Shown one piece after another: positions 19,577-29,830 of a stretch of DNA of 64,000 bases. The first letter of the stretch is position 1; each line of letters opens with the position of its first letter. The position numbers were made by a program, and so were the translations under genes. The stretch lies in contig CALSPG010000007.1 in assembly GCA_943788175.1 (NCBI GenBank), positions 192,001-256,000 on the forward strand, written 5' to 3'. The notes below the pieces were generated by a model. That model did no database searches. It was not told the origin of the DNA and was given only the letters and a program-made list of their open reading frames with translations. The DNA comes from an uncultured bacterium. GTDB taxonomy: Bacteria > Fidelibacterota > Marinisomatia > Marinisomatales > UBA1611.

Positions 19577-20748
19577 ACAGCGGCTCTCCCTCTTAGAGCA
19601 TCTGTTGGTTTCATTTTTGTAATTTTCCTGGATGGTATATAGCTAACTACGAGTACGATAATTGATATTAAAATTGTTGTTGAAATGATTAAGCTAAATG
19701 AATAAATAGGAATCAATCTTTTTGCAACTAGCATACCCATTTCTGAGTAATCCATAGGCAAAGGGATACCATTTTCCCCAAAGTAAAATAAAACTGGGCC
19801 AAACAAAATTAGAGTAATTATTCCTGCTAATAATGCATTTAACCCTCCTTCAAAGGTAAAAAGCCAAACCACCCTAGATCGAGTCATTCCTAGGGCCATG
19901 AGTGTTCCTATCTCTTTCCCTCTCCGAAATATTGATAATACCTGGGCATTAAAAATCCCCATGGCAGCTAGTGCTATTAGTATTGAATACATAACCTGAG
20001 CGCCAGGCTCATCTGCTTTGATAATTGCCTCCATGTCTCTTATCATGTAGTCTACATCATGGTGAATCCAATCCTCAATATCTTTTATCGTTTCAAGATC
20101 TTTAGCGTATGTAACGTAGGTTGCCTGATTTTTCATAGCTAGCATTGACTGTGCTTTTGAAAGAGGTATCCATATGTGTCCAAGATCAAGTTTAAAATTT
20201 TCTGTTTCCATAATATGAACAATGGTTCCCTCATCCGCATCGTATGTCCGATCTGCATCTAACCAGCGTATTGTAAATGAATCTCCAACTTTAAGGTTTG
20301 CATTTTTTGCCATTCCGCTCCCTATAAGAACAGGAATAGTAATATCATTATGTTGATCAAGTACATTAGTAGGCATATTAACTATAGTTTGATCAGGGGT
20401 AATGCCTTTCATGACCACAGGCATTATACGGCCATTTGGATAGATAGATGCCTGACTAATAAGTACCCCGAAAGCATACTTTTGGTCTATTAATTTTTTG
20501 ATTTGATTAGGGATAATTGAATGAGAATTTTCAAACGTTCGAGGATCCATTGGATCATATTCTGGGTGCCAGTATGTCCCGCCGGCAACTTCGGTTTCTA
20601 TTGTTATGTTTTTTGCATATTCTCTCATGCCATCATACATGCCAGATACAAAGATAACCAAGAAAAAAGAAATTGATGTGACAAATACGTTTAAGCTAGT
20701 CCTAAGTTTTGCTCCGAAAAGATTTTTTATTGCAATATTAAAAAGCAT
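19573..20748 (-). CDS. ABC transporter permease, LolC/E-FtsX-MacB family
   Basis: AIKNLFGAKLRT, RRGKEIGTLMALGM, SYIPSRKITKMKPTDALRG. Confidence 0.85.
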   Translation of the reverse strand: MLFNIAIKNLFGAKLRTSLNVFVTSISFFLVIFVSGMYDGMREYAKNITIETEVAGGTYWHPEYDPMDPRTFENSHSIIPNQIKKLIDQKYAFGVLISQASIYPNGRIMPVVMKGITPDQTIVNMPTNVLDQHNDITIPVLIGSGMAKNANLKVGDSFTIRWLDADRTYDADEGTIVHIMETENFKLDLGHIWIPLSKAQSMLAMKNQATYVTYAKDLETIKDIEDWIHHDVDYMIRDMEAIIKADEPGAQVMYSILIALAAMGIFNAQVLSIFRRGKEIGTLMALGMTRSRVVWLFTFEGGLNALLAGIITLILFGPVLFYFGENGIPLPMDYSEMGMLVAKRLIPIYSFSLIISTTILISIIVLVVSYIPSRKITKMKPTDALRGRAAV

Positions 20749-20751
20749 TAT

Positions 20752-21462
20752 TTATGCAGATTTTGGGTTAGATGTTTTTTCATCATTAATAATTTTTCCA
20801 TCTTCTAAATGGACAATCCTTCTAAGGTAGCCCATAATTTTTTCATCGTGTGTTGCAAACACAAAAGAGGTTGATATTTCTGAATTAAGTTTTGATAATA
20901 TTTTCATAATATTGTGTGAGTTTTTGGCATCTAGATTCGCTGTTGGTTCATCTGCAAGCAATAATGCTGGTTCATGAACAATGGCTCTTGCTATCGCTGT
21001 ACGTTGGCACTCTCCGCCACTCATATCAGCTGGCTTTGAGTTTATTTTATCTTTAAGTCCTACCCATTCAACTGCTTGGGTTACTTTTTTTTCTCTTTCA
21101 GTTGATTTCATATTATTTAAAATTAAAGGGAGTTCTACATTTTCATATACTGTGTATACTGGGAGCAGGTTATAGCTTTGAAAAATAAATCCCATGTGTT
21201 TTCGTCTAATTATCGCTCTTTCATTGTGAGATGTATTATCCATTGAATTTCCAAGAACGATTACGCTACCTTCTGTCGCTGAATCTAAACCGCCAATAAT
21301 ATTCAAAAGAGTTGTTTTTCCTGACCCCGATGGGCCAACCAAGCCAATAAATTCGCCTTCAGAAAGTTTTAAATCTATGTTTTGCAGTGCTGTGAAATAA
21401 TTTCCTCCAACCGGAAATTGTTTAACTAAATTTTTTATGTTAATTACGTTTTTGTTTTCCAT
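20752..21462 (-). CDS. ABC transporter ATP-binding protein (LolD/MacB type)
   Basis: Walker A GPSGSGKTT, GFIFQSYNL, signature MSGGECQR, LADEPTANLD, THD; SD AAGGAG upstream. Confidence 0.92.
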   Translation of the reverse strand: MENKNVINIKNLVKQFPVGGNYFTALQNIDLKLSEGEFIGLVGPSGSGKTTLLNIIGGLDSATEGSVIVLGNSMDNTSHNERAIIRRKHMGFIFQSYNLLPVYTVYENVELPLILNNMKSTEREKKVTQAVEWVGLKDKINSKPADMSGGECQRTAIARAIVHEPALLLADEPTANLDAKNSHNIMKILSKLNSEISTSFVFATHDEKIMGYLRRIVHLEDGKIINDEKTSNPKSA

Positions 21463-21471
21463 TAAAACTCC

Positions 21472-22554
21472 TTAGTGATTATAGATAAACATAAATTGTA
21501 TTCCTGTACCAAAATTAGATAGAGATTTAGGCAGCGATTCTGAGGGGATATCATATTGCTTTCGTTTCGGATTAATAGAAATAATAATATTTAAGCTATA
21601 AGCATCATATGTGCTACTCCAACGTAGGTATTGATATGTTTTATCTTTTTCCCAATCTATTTGAGAAATATGCATTATTTGGTGAATCATACCAATCGGT
21701 AAGCTTGCCATGAAAGCTGAAAAAGTTTGATTCGATTTTAAATTTTTTATTTTGCTTTGGATATACATTGATTCTGTCATAATTAAAATTCCATTAAAAA
21801 ATGGCAGGGTATAGTCCGCGCCAATAGAAATCAGATTAATATTTGATGTATTAGATTTAATTATTGCACTTTCATTCCAAAATCCAATGAAGCCGTCAAA
21901 CCTATAATCGAACGCTATTCTTTGATGAGAATTTATAATGGGGCTACCTATCTGCCCAATTAGTTGTCTTGATTTTGAAGGGTCTTTATGATATGTAAAT
22001 CCAAAATCGCCAAGCGAAGTAGTAAATTCACCTCTTCCTCCAAATGTAAGTGTATCCATCTTATTATTTATTATCCATGAAGATAATCCAATGTTATTAG
22101 ATGGAAACCAGCGAAGCCTAAGTGCCTCAACGCCGTTAGTTTGTCCAGTAGGGTCTTTCAAGTCAAACGTGTCAAACCATGATAGAGGTCGGAGGATTTG
22201 TGTAGGACCAAAAACAATTTTTTGAAGTCCACAGCGTGCTTCTATTTTATCATATGAGTATCTAATCCATAAACGATGGTTATTTTCATTATTATTATAA
22301 AGTGAATCACCAACATAGTACCTTTTTAGATTGTAAGCCCATTCGAAATCAAAAAGCTTATTTGTTGAGGTTTCTTTTTTTAAAGATAGCGTAGGCAAAT
22401 AACCCAATATAGATTCATGAGTATGCCAATTATTTGGGACATCATTACTTGTGAAAAAAATTGTATTGAATTGCCCTTTAAAATTTATATTTTGTGATGG
22501 TAAAAATGAATTGAGTAATAATAAAATTTTGAAGCAAAAAATTATTTTAAACAT
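21472..22554 (-). CDS. Putative outer membrane beta-barrel protein
   Basis: Signal peptide; HRLWIRYS, GLQKIVFG, PLSWFDTFDLKDP, GVEALR; C-terminal strand GIQFMFIYNH; clustered with LolA-like and ABC genes. Confidence 0.6.
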   Translation of the reverse strand: MFKIIFCFKILLLLNSFLPSQNINFKGQFNTIFFTSNDVPNNWHTHESILGYLPTLSLKKETSTNKLFDFEWAYNLKRYYVGDSLYNNNENNHRLWIRYSYDKIEARCGLQKIVFGPTQILRPLSWFDTFDLKDPTGQTNGVEALRLRWFPSNNIGLSSWIINNKMDTLTFGGRGEFTTSLGDFGFTYHKDPSKSRQLIGQIGSPIINSHQRIAFDYRFDGFIGFWNESAIIKSNTSNINLISIGADYTLPFFNGILIMTESMYIQSKIKNLKSNQTFSAFMASLPIGMIHQIMHISQIDWEKDKTYQYLRWSSTYDAYSLNIIISINPKRKQYDIPSESLPKSLSNFGTGIQFMFIYNH

Positions 22555-23263
22555 ACATATTTATAAACGAAACTATAGCCATCAAAATCATAATTCCATT
22601 TTCAATCAGGGTTGCAATTGTCATAGGAAGTTTGATAGCTGTCCCTAAACAAGCGCATTGAATTTCTTTCTTGTTTCTTAGAGTTTTTATTACCCCATAC
22701 GTAGTTATGCATAGTAAAAATATTGTTATAACAATAGCGTTAAATAACTGAAATCGAAAAAGAAACATCAATCCTAAAATTGTTTCAATAAATGGATATA
22801 GCCAGCCATAAAATGGAATCACTTTTGCTAGTGGATCGTACATAGCGAAAGAAATTGGAAAACTCTTATAATCGAGAAACTTAAAAAAACTAAAAACAAT
22901 GAAAAATAAACCCATAAAATCTAGCATAAAGTTTTCAAAAGAAGATTCAAGATTTAATAAGCTAGAAGTAATGCTGATGTAAAATAAAATAAGACCTAAT
23001 GGGTAGAGTTTTTTAAGATAAGAGTCTTCAGACTTAATACGGTATGCTTCATGAACTTCATAATCATGAGCGGTGAATTTATTGGGTAATATGTTTTGAA
23101 TATCTTCAATAGAAATATTTTTTTTTGCTTGGATATCTGCGGTATTGCTTTTGAATGAAACATTGACTTCGATTATATCTGCTAAACTTCGAATCGATTT
23201 AGAAACAGTTTCTTCGCAGCTGGAACAAGTCATGCCAGAAATTTTAATTTTATAATTTTTCAT
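22547..23263 (-). CDS. Heavy-metal-associated (HMA) domain fused to MauE/DoxX-like membrane domain
   Basis: GMTCSSC metal-binding motif; TM region with FFIVFSFFKFLD, YDPLA, YPFIE, IQCACLG, TLIEN. Confidence 0.8.
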   Translation of the reverse strand: MKNYKIKISGMTCSSCEETVSKSIRSLADIIEVNVSFKSNTADIQAKKNISIEDIQNILPNKFTAHDYEVHEAYRIKSEDSYLKKLYPLGLILFYISITSSLLNLESSFENFMLDFMGLFFIVFSFFKFLDYKSFPISFAMYDPLAKVIPFYGWLYPFIETILGLMFLFRFQLFNAIVITIFLLCITTYGVIKTLRNKKEIQCACLGTAIKLPMTIATLIENGIMILMAIVSFINMYV

Positions 23264-23354
23264 TGTTTATTTTTTTATTATAATAAAGAACTGATTAAGT
23301 ATGAGCAGAATAATTTAAATAAAGTTAATTTTATTACCTATTTAGCAATTAAAA

Positions 23355-25988
23355 ATGTCTGATACATCATTGAATAACAAATATAATTCTTCATCTGTTG
23401 AAGATAAGTGGTACAAGCATTGGCTTGAAAAAAAATATTTCCACGCGGACTCAAGTTCAGACAAAGAGCCATACACAATAGTTATCCCTCCACCAAACGT
23501 GACTGGAATACTTACGGTTGGACATGTTTTGAATAATACTATTCAAGATGTTCTCATAAGAAAAGCTAGAATGCAAGGCAAGGAAGCGTGTTGGATTCCT
23601 GGTACAGATCATGCATCTATAGCAACAGAGACAAAAGTCATAAATATGCTTGAAGAGCAAGGAATTAGCAAAAAAGATCTTTCGAGAGAAGAATTTTTGA
23701 AGCACGCTTGGGAATGGAAAGAAAAATATGGTGGAATAATTATTGATCAGCTTAAAAAATTAGGCTGTTCTTGTGATTGGGAGAGAGAGAGATTTACGAT
23801 GGATGAAGGATATTCCAATGCTGTTTTGGAAGCCTTTGTAAAACTCTATGAAAAAGATTTTATTTATAAAGGTCATAGGCTAGTCAACTGGTGCCCAGTA
23901 TCAAAGTCTGCAATTAGTGATGAGGAAGTAATTCATAAGGAAGTTGATGGCCACCTTTGGTATTTTAAATATCCAATTAAAGATGAAGATAGTTACTTAA
24001 TTGTGGCAACGACTAGGCCTGAAACTATGCTTGGTGATTCTGCTGTTGCTATTAACCCAAATGATGGTAGGTATAAAGCTTTTATAGGTAAGAAAATTTT
24101 ATTACCGCTAGTTGGAAGAGAAATCCCAATTATTGCTGATGATTATGTGGATCCTGAATTTGGAACTGGATGTGTGAAAATAACACCTGCTCATGATCCA
24201 AATGATTTTTTGATCGGTGAAAAACATGATTTAAAATTCATAAATATAATGAATGATGATGCTTCAATAAATGAAAATGCGCCTCAAAAATATATAGATA
24301 AAGACAGGTTTGAAGCTCGCAAACAAATTGTAGCGGATTTAGATGAGCTAGGTCTTTTACATAAGACAGAAAATTATAAGAATAAAATTGGTTTTTCCGA
24401 GAGAGGCAATGTGCCAATTGAATTTTATATGTCTGAGCAGTGGTTCATGAGGATGACAGAACTAGCAAAGCCAGCTATTGATGCTGTGGATGCCGGCGAA
24501 ATACAATTTCATCCCGCACATTGGGTTAAAACTTATAATCACTGGATGAAAAACATCAAAGATTGGTGTATAAGTCGCCAGTTGGTTTGGGGTCATCAAA
24601 TTCCCGTATGGTATCACAAAAATGACAAATCAAAAATACATGTTTCTGTAAAAGGACCTGATGACGTTGAAAATTGGGAGCAAGAAGAAGATGTATTAGA
24701 TACCTGGGCAAGCTCGTGGTTATGGCCTCTAGGAGTTCATGATTGGCCAAATAATAACAAAGAATTAGATAAGTTTTTTCCAACAAATACACTTGTAACA
24801 GGTCCTGACATTATCTTTTTTTGGGTGGCTAGAATGATTATTACTGGATATGAGTTTTTAGGTGACAAACCATTTTCAGACGTGTACTTTACATCTATTT
24901 TGAGAGATGAGTCCGGAAAGAAGTTGAGCAAGTCGCTCGGGAATTCTCCTGATCCTTTTGATTTATTTGAAGAGTATGGTACTGATGCTGTAAGGTTTGG
25001 GGTTATGCTTATGGCGCCTCAGGGTCTTGACGTACTTTTTTCAAAAGATAGGCTTGAGATTGGTAGAAATTTTATGAACAAGTTATGGAATGCTTGCCGT
25101 TTTGTAGATATGAACAAACCCAGCGGTTGGAATGATAAAGAGCTGATAGCTTCTCAAAGGTTAGAACTAGCAGATAAATGGATTCTTAACCGATTAGAAA
25201 GGGCTATAAAAAATTATAATAATCAAATTGAGCGATTTCACTTTAATGAATCTGCAAAAGTACTTTATGATTTCATTTGGAATGACTTTTGTGATTGGTA
25301 TATCGAAATAGCAAAAACTAGGTTTTACTCTGAATATAGTGACAGTAAGGTTTCTACTTATAATACTTGCGTAAAGTGCATAAGAATAATTTTGCCTCTT
25401 TTACATCCTTATACTCCGTTTATTACTGAAGAGCTTTGGTCGTACTTTAAAGATAAAGACCAACCTGATTTAATAATCTCATCTTGGCCAGAACAAAAAT
25501 CTGAATTTGACCTTGAAATTGATAATGAAATGGAAATACTTCAAGGTATAATATCATCAGTTAGAGCAATCCGAAGTCGCATGAATATTCCGCCTTCAAA
25601 AAAAATTGATTTGAAAGTTAAGTGCAGTGATAGTCAGAGCGATTTTATTGCGAATAATAGCCAATTTATAATAACACTAGCTAAGCTTGAATCTTATGAA
25701 TCTAGCGAATCTATGCAAAAGCCATCGCAATCAGCAGCTAGTGTCATTCATGGGATGGAGATTTATGTCCCCTTAGAGGGTCTAGTGGACTTAGATAAAG
25801 AAAGATCCTTACTTTTAAAGAGAAAAACAAAAATTAAAGAATTACTAATTGTCATTGAAAAAAAATTATTGAACGATAAATTTATAGATAATGCTCCTTT
25901 AAAAGTTGTTGAAGGAGAAAAAGAAAAAGAAATTACTTTGAAAGATGAACTAGAAAAAATTAACTCTAACTTAGGCATGCTATCATGA
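23355..25988 (+). CDS. valS: Valine--tRNA ligase
   Basis: PPPNVTG, TVGH (HIGH variant), DWCISRQL, DVLDTW, KLSKS, C-terminal coiled-coil arm. Confidence 0.97.
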   Translation: MSDTSLNNKYNSSSVEDKWYKHWLEKKYFHADSSSDKEPYTIVIPPPNVTGILTVGHVLNNTIQDVLIRKARMQGKEACWIPGTDHASIATETKVINMLEEQGISKKDLSREEFLKHAWEWKEKYGGIIIDQLKKLGCSCDWERERFTMDEGYSNAVLEAFVKLYEKDFIYKGHRLVNWCPVSKSAISDEEVIHKEVDGHLWYFKYPIKDEDSYLIVATTRPETMLGDSAVAINPNDGRYKAFIGKKILLPLVGREIPIIADDYVDPEFGTGCVKITPAHDPNDFLIGEKHDLKFINIMNDDASINENAPQKYIDKDRFEARKQIVADLDELGLLHKTENYKNKIGFSERGNVPIEFYMSEQWFMRMTELAKPAIDAVDAGEIQFHPAHWVKTYNHWMKNIKDWCISRQLVWGHQIPVWYHKNDKSKIHVSVKGPDDVENWEQEEDVLDTWASSWLWPLGVHDWPNNNKELDKFFPTNTLVTGPDIIFFWVARMIITGYEFLGDKPFSDVYFTSILRDESGKKLSKSLGNSPDPFDLFEEYGTDAVRFGVMLMAPQGLDVLFSKDRLEIGRNFMNKLWNACRFVDMNKPSGWNDKELIASQRLELADKWILNRLERAIKNYNNQIERFHFNESAKVLYDFIWNDFCDWYIEIAKTRFYSEYSDSKVSTYNTCVKCIRIILPLLHPYTPFITEELWSYFKDKDQPDLIISSWPEQKSEFDLEIDNEMEILQGIISSVRAIRSRMNIPPSKKIDLKVKCSDSQSDFIANNSQFIITLAKLESYESSESMQKPSQSAASVIHGMEIYVPLEGLVDLDKERSLLLKRKTKIKELLIVIEKKLLNDKFIDNAPLKVVEGEKEKEITLKDELEKINSNLGMLS

Positions 25989-27316
25989 AGCTATTTATTC
26001 TTATAATTATTACCAATTTTATCTGGGCGCAATCATCAAAAGAATCAACTATTACAGTATACAAAGACGGTACTGCTTTAGTTAAGCAAGAAATAATTTG
26101 GGATGCCGTTTCAAAAGGGAAGACTAATTTGAGATATGGAGATATCCCAAAGAGTATCCACAAAGACACACCATTCATTAGCATCAAGAACGCTCAAGTT
26201 TTAAGTCAAAAACTTGTTGAAAAAACTTTTTCTTCCGATGAATATTTCTCGTCAAAAAAAGGTGATATAATAACGATTAAATTAAAAAATGAAAAAGCGG
26301 TTAGTGGAATTCTTCTCGAGCTAACAAACAAAATTTTGACTATTCAGATTAAAAACAGTTTGAGGCGCTTTAACAGGAATAATATTGAATACATTGAAAC
26401 CGGAGATATTGTGTCCAATCCAAATTTCTCTCCATATTTAGATTGGGAAGTAAAGAATAATAAGGCTGGAAACTTAAAAGCAAACTTAGTTTACAAGTTG
26501 AGTAATATATCTTGGAATGCGATTTATCGACTAACTACAAATGGTCAGACAAAAGGAGAATTAGTAGTTGAAGGTGTGATATCAAACAATTCGAGCAAAA
26601 ACTACATAAATACAAATGTAAACTTAGTAGAGGGGAAAATAAATAAAGTTAAGTCCATAAATAATAATAATTATGGCAAAATGGAAATGTCTCGAAGCTT
26701 ACCAAATAAAAACACTCCTGATGCCCTTGGAGATTATCATATTTATTCCGCGGGAAAAATTAAAAATTTTACAGCAAAAGAGAATTTAACCGTGGGTATA
26801 TATGGACCTTTGAATGTTAATTATGAAAAAAACTACGTATTTGAGAATTTTGAGAGGCAGCAAAAAGAAGAGCCGTTAAAAGTTGAGTATACTCTCTCAA
26901 ATACAGAAAAAGATGGCTTGGGCATTGTTTTGCCTGCTGGTAAAGTTGACATTTACACAAGCTCTAGTAAGGGAGGATTTGAATATATTGGTTCTGACCG
27001 CCTTGGGCAAGTGCCAAAAGGGGAGTCTTCTACAATTCAGGCCGGATATGCGTTTGATATTACGGGCAAGAGGAGGGTGCTAAATTATGATAGGCAAAGA
27101 AAAAGTGAAGAAGCTGTTATTGAAGTGTCTATAAATAATACATGGTCAGAAACTGCATCTGTAAAGATAATAGAGCATGTAAACGGAGATTGGGTTATAA
27201 AAGATCAATCACATGATTACATCAAGAAAGACGCTTCAACAATATATTTTTTAATAGATGTAAAGCCTGGTAAAAAAGAATTCATAACATACACTTATAG
27301 AAAAGAATGGAAATAG
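25985..27316 (+). CDS. DUF4139/DUF4140-like exported protein
   Basis: Signal peptide; ITVYKDGTALVK, ISWNAIYRL, ALGDYHIY, GLGIVLPAGKV, AFDITGKR. Confidence 0.7.
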   Translation: MKLFILIIITNFIWAQSSKESTITVYKDGTALVKQEIIWDAVSKGKTNLRYGDIPKSIHKDTPFISIKNAQVLSQKLVEKTFSSDEYFSSKKGDIITIKLKNEKAVSGILLELTNKILTIQIKNSLRRFNRNNIEYIETGDIVSNPNFSPYLDWEVKNNKAGNLKANLVYKLSNISWNAIYRLTTNGQTKGELVVEGVISNNSSKNYINTNVNLVEGKINKVKSINNNNYGKMEMSRSLPNKNTPDALGDYHIYSAGKIKNFTAKENLTVGIYGPLNVNYEKNYVFENFERQQKEEPLKVEYTLSNTEKDGLGIVLPAGKVDIYTSSSKGGFEYIGSDRLGQVPKGESSTIQAGYAFDITGKRRVLNYDRQRKSEEAVIEVSINNTWSETASVKIIEHVNGDWVIKDQSHDYIKKDASTIYFLIDVKPGKKEFITYTYRKEWK

Positions 27317-27355
27317 AACAGCTTTGCATAAAAGTTGTCACCTTCAATTAGGGTT

Positions 27356-29431
27356 ATGAAAAGCTTTGATATTGAAGATACAATAACAAAGTTAAATCAA
27401 ATTAGCACCAAGCGTGCTGAAGTTTTACTTGACCATCAAGTTAAATCTATAAAAAATCTTTTATATTATTTCCCGAGAAAACATTTAGATCGAACTAATA
27501 TAACAAAAATAAAAGATATTGCTCCCGCTAATAAGTATAATATTGTGGGGACTGTTGAAACTCTTGGTGAAAAGCGAACAAGGTTTAAAAAAATTTATCA
27601 GGTTTTGATTTCTGATGGTACTGGTGTTATGACCTTAACTTGGTTTAATTCTTCAAAATACATAAAGAACTTAGTAAAAAAAGGAGACCTCATTGCTGTT
27701 CACGGTAAGGTAGATTGGTATAATGGGTTCTCAATTAGTCATCCTGAATTTGATATCCTCGATCAAAAAACAGACCCAGCAAGTACTGGTTCAATTATAC
27801 CTATTTATCCTTTAACAAATGAATTAAAAAGAGTGGGTGTTGAACAGCGTTTAATTAGAAAACTAATTTTACAGTCACTTGATAAAATTAGTTCGTTCAA
27901 TGAAATGTATGATGCTAAGATTTTGAAATCTCACAAATTAGTAAAAATTGGAGAAGCCTTAAATCAGTTGCATTTTCCTGATGATATAAATCAATTAAAG
28001 AGTGCTATTTACAGATTAAAGTTTGATGAGCACTTTATTTTGCAGGTCTTTTTGGCCTTAGTTAAAGAAAATATTAAACGCTCAGAAGCTAGGCCGTTTA
28101 AAGATATTGGTCCTTATTTCCAGATTATTCGCGATGGTTTAAAATTTGAACTAACTAGATCGCAAAAAAAAGTCATTGCTGAAATTCATGGAGATATGAA
28201 AAAAGGACATTCTATGAATCGGCTTTTGCAAGGAGATGTTGGCTCAGGGAAAACCATTGTTGCAATATTATCTTCTTCACTAGCTGTCGGTAATAGTGCG
28301 CAGGTTGCAATAATGGCACCAACAGAAATTTTAGCTGCTCAGCACTATAAATCATTCCAAGAAGAATTATCGGAAGCCAGAATAATATGTTGTCTACTTG
28401 TTGGGAAAATGAAGAAAAAAGATAGAAATAAAATTATTACAAATATAGAAAATGGAAAAATTTCTGTTGTCGTGGGCACTCATGCAATTATTCAAGATGA
28501 CGTAATTTTTAAAGACCTTGGTTTAGTTGTTATAGATGAGCAACATAGATTTGGGGTAGAACAAAGGAATAAACTTATTAATAAAGGATTGAACCCTCAT
28601 CTGTTATCAATGACAGCCACTCCAATACCAAGGACCCTTTCTATTACATATATGGGAGATATGGATTTATCAATTATTGATGAACTTCCAAAAAATAGAA
28701 TTCCAATAACTACAAAAATTATTGAACCTACTAGACTTCCTAAAGTTTATGCTTTTGCAAAAGATCAAATTGATTCTGGTCAGCAGTGTATGATCGTATA
28801 CCCTTTAATTGAAGAGTCAGAGAAAAGTGACTTAGCTGCAGCAGTTGAAATGTTTGAAAAACTTCAAAAAAGTACTTTTTCAAATTATAAAGTTGGATTA
28901 ATCCATGGAAAAATGAATGGTGAGGAAAAAAAAGAGGTTATGGGAAGGTTTAAGGAAAATAAAATTAACATCATCATCGCGACAACGGTTATTGAAGTGG
29001 GAATTGATGTGCCAAATGCAACAGTAATGCTTATAGAGCATGCTGAACGGTTTGGATTAACTCAACTACATCAATTGAGAGGCAGAGTAGGAAGAGGTAT
29101 AAAAAAAAGTTATTGTATACTTGTGAATAGAGGCACAAATGAACTCTCCGCAAAAAGGTTGAAAATAATGGAGAGTACCAATGATGGGTTTGAGATTGCT
29201 GATGAAGATTTGATTTTGAGAGGACCAGGTGACTATGTTGGTTTTAAACAAAGTGGGTTTGTAAAATATAAAATTGCGGATATGGTCAAGGATGGGCCCA
29301 TAATTAGAACCGCTAGAATTTTAGCTAAAAGTATTATTGAGTCCGACCCCATCCTAGAAAATCATGAGAATGTTAAGGCGAGAGTAATAGACGATTATAA
29401 AAACAATCTTCATTTAGTAAAATTAAATTAA
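27356..29431 (+). CDS. recG: ATP-dependent DNA helicase RecG
   Basis: RLKFDE, RLLQGDVGSGKT, MAPTEILA, DEQHRFG, MTATPIPRTL, QLHQLRGRVGRG, RGPGD; ATG 27356 preferred to TTG 27335. Confidence 0.96.
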   Translation: MKSFDIEDTITKLNQISTKRAEVLLDHQVKSIKNLLYYFPRKHLDRTNITKIKDIAPANKYNIVGTVETLGEKRTRFKKIYQVLISDGTGVMTLTWFNSSKYIKNLVKKGDLIAVHGKVDWYNGFSISHPEFDILDQKTDPASTGSIIPIYPLTNELKRVGVEQRLIRKLILQSLDKISSFNEMYDAKILKSHKLVKIGEALNQLHFPDDINQLKSAIYRLKFDEHFILQVFLALVKENIKRSEARPFKDIGPYFQIIRDGLKFELTRSQKKVIAEIHGDMKKGHSMNRLLQGDVGSGKTIVAILSSSLAVGNSAQVAIMAPTEILAAQHYKSFQEELSEARIICCLLVGKMKKKDRNKIITNIENGKISVVVGTHAIIQDDVIFKDLGLVVIDEQHRFGVEQRNKLINKGLNPHLLSMTATPIPRTLSITYMGDMDLSIIDELPKNRIPITTKIIEPTRLPKVYAFAKDQIDSGQQCMIVYPLIEESEKSDLAAAVEMFEKLQKSTFSNYKVGLIHGKMNGEEKKEVMGRFKENKINIIIATTVIEVGIDVPNATVMLIEHAERFGLTQLHQLRGRVGRGIKKSYCILVNRGTNELSAKRLKIMESTNDGFEIADEDLILRGPGDYVGFKQSGFVKYKIADMVKDGPIIRTARILAKSIIESDPILENHENVKARVIDDYKNNLHLVKLN

Positions 29432-29506
29432 GTTTTTAATGTATTTTTTGTATTAATACTATCATATAAATTTGTCTTATCTTAAATAAACGGAATAAAT
29501 ATTAAA

Positions 29507-29827
29507 GTGAATAAAGAAATTTTATCAGAAAAGGAACAATTGTTTCTGTATTTAGTTGGAACTTTTCATTCGAGCGCTAGAATAGCGTTAGGTAAAAACG
29601 AAAACCCAATGACAAAATCAATAAATATAAATGTAGAACAGGCATCTTTTTATATTAACGTTCTTGATTTGATTCAAGAGAAAACCAAAGAAAATTTGAC
29701 TGACTATGAAGAGCAGATGCTAATTAACACGATTAGCGAATTGAAATTAAATTTAATTGATGAAAAGAAAAAAAATAAAAGCCCGAATGGACAAAAACAA
29801 AATAAAGAATCAAAAAAGGAAGACTAA
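29507..29827 (+). CDS. DUF1844-like small protein
   Basis: ARIALGKNENPMT, QASFYINVLDLIQEKTKENLT..E..ML...ISELKLN. Confidence 0.7.
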   Translation: MNKEILSEKEQLFLYLVGTFHSSARIALGKNENPMTKSININVEQASFYINVLDLIQEKTKENLTDYEEQMLINTISELKLNLIDEKKKNKSPNGQKQNKESKKED

Positions 29828-29830
29828 GCT

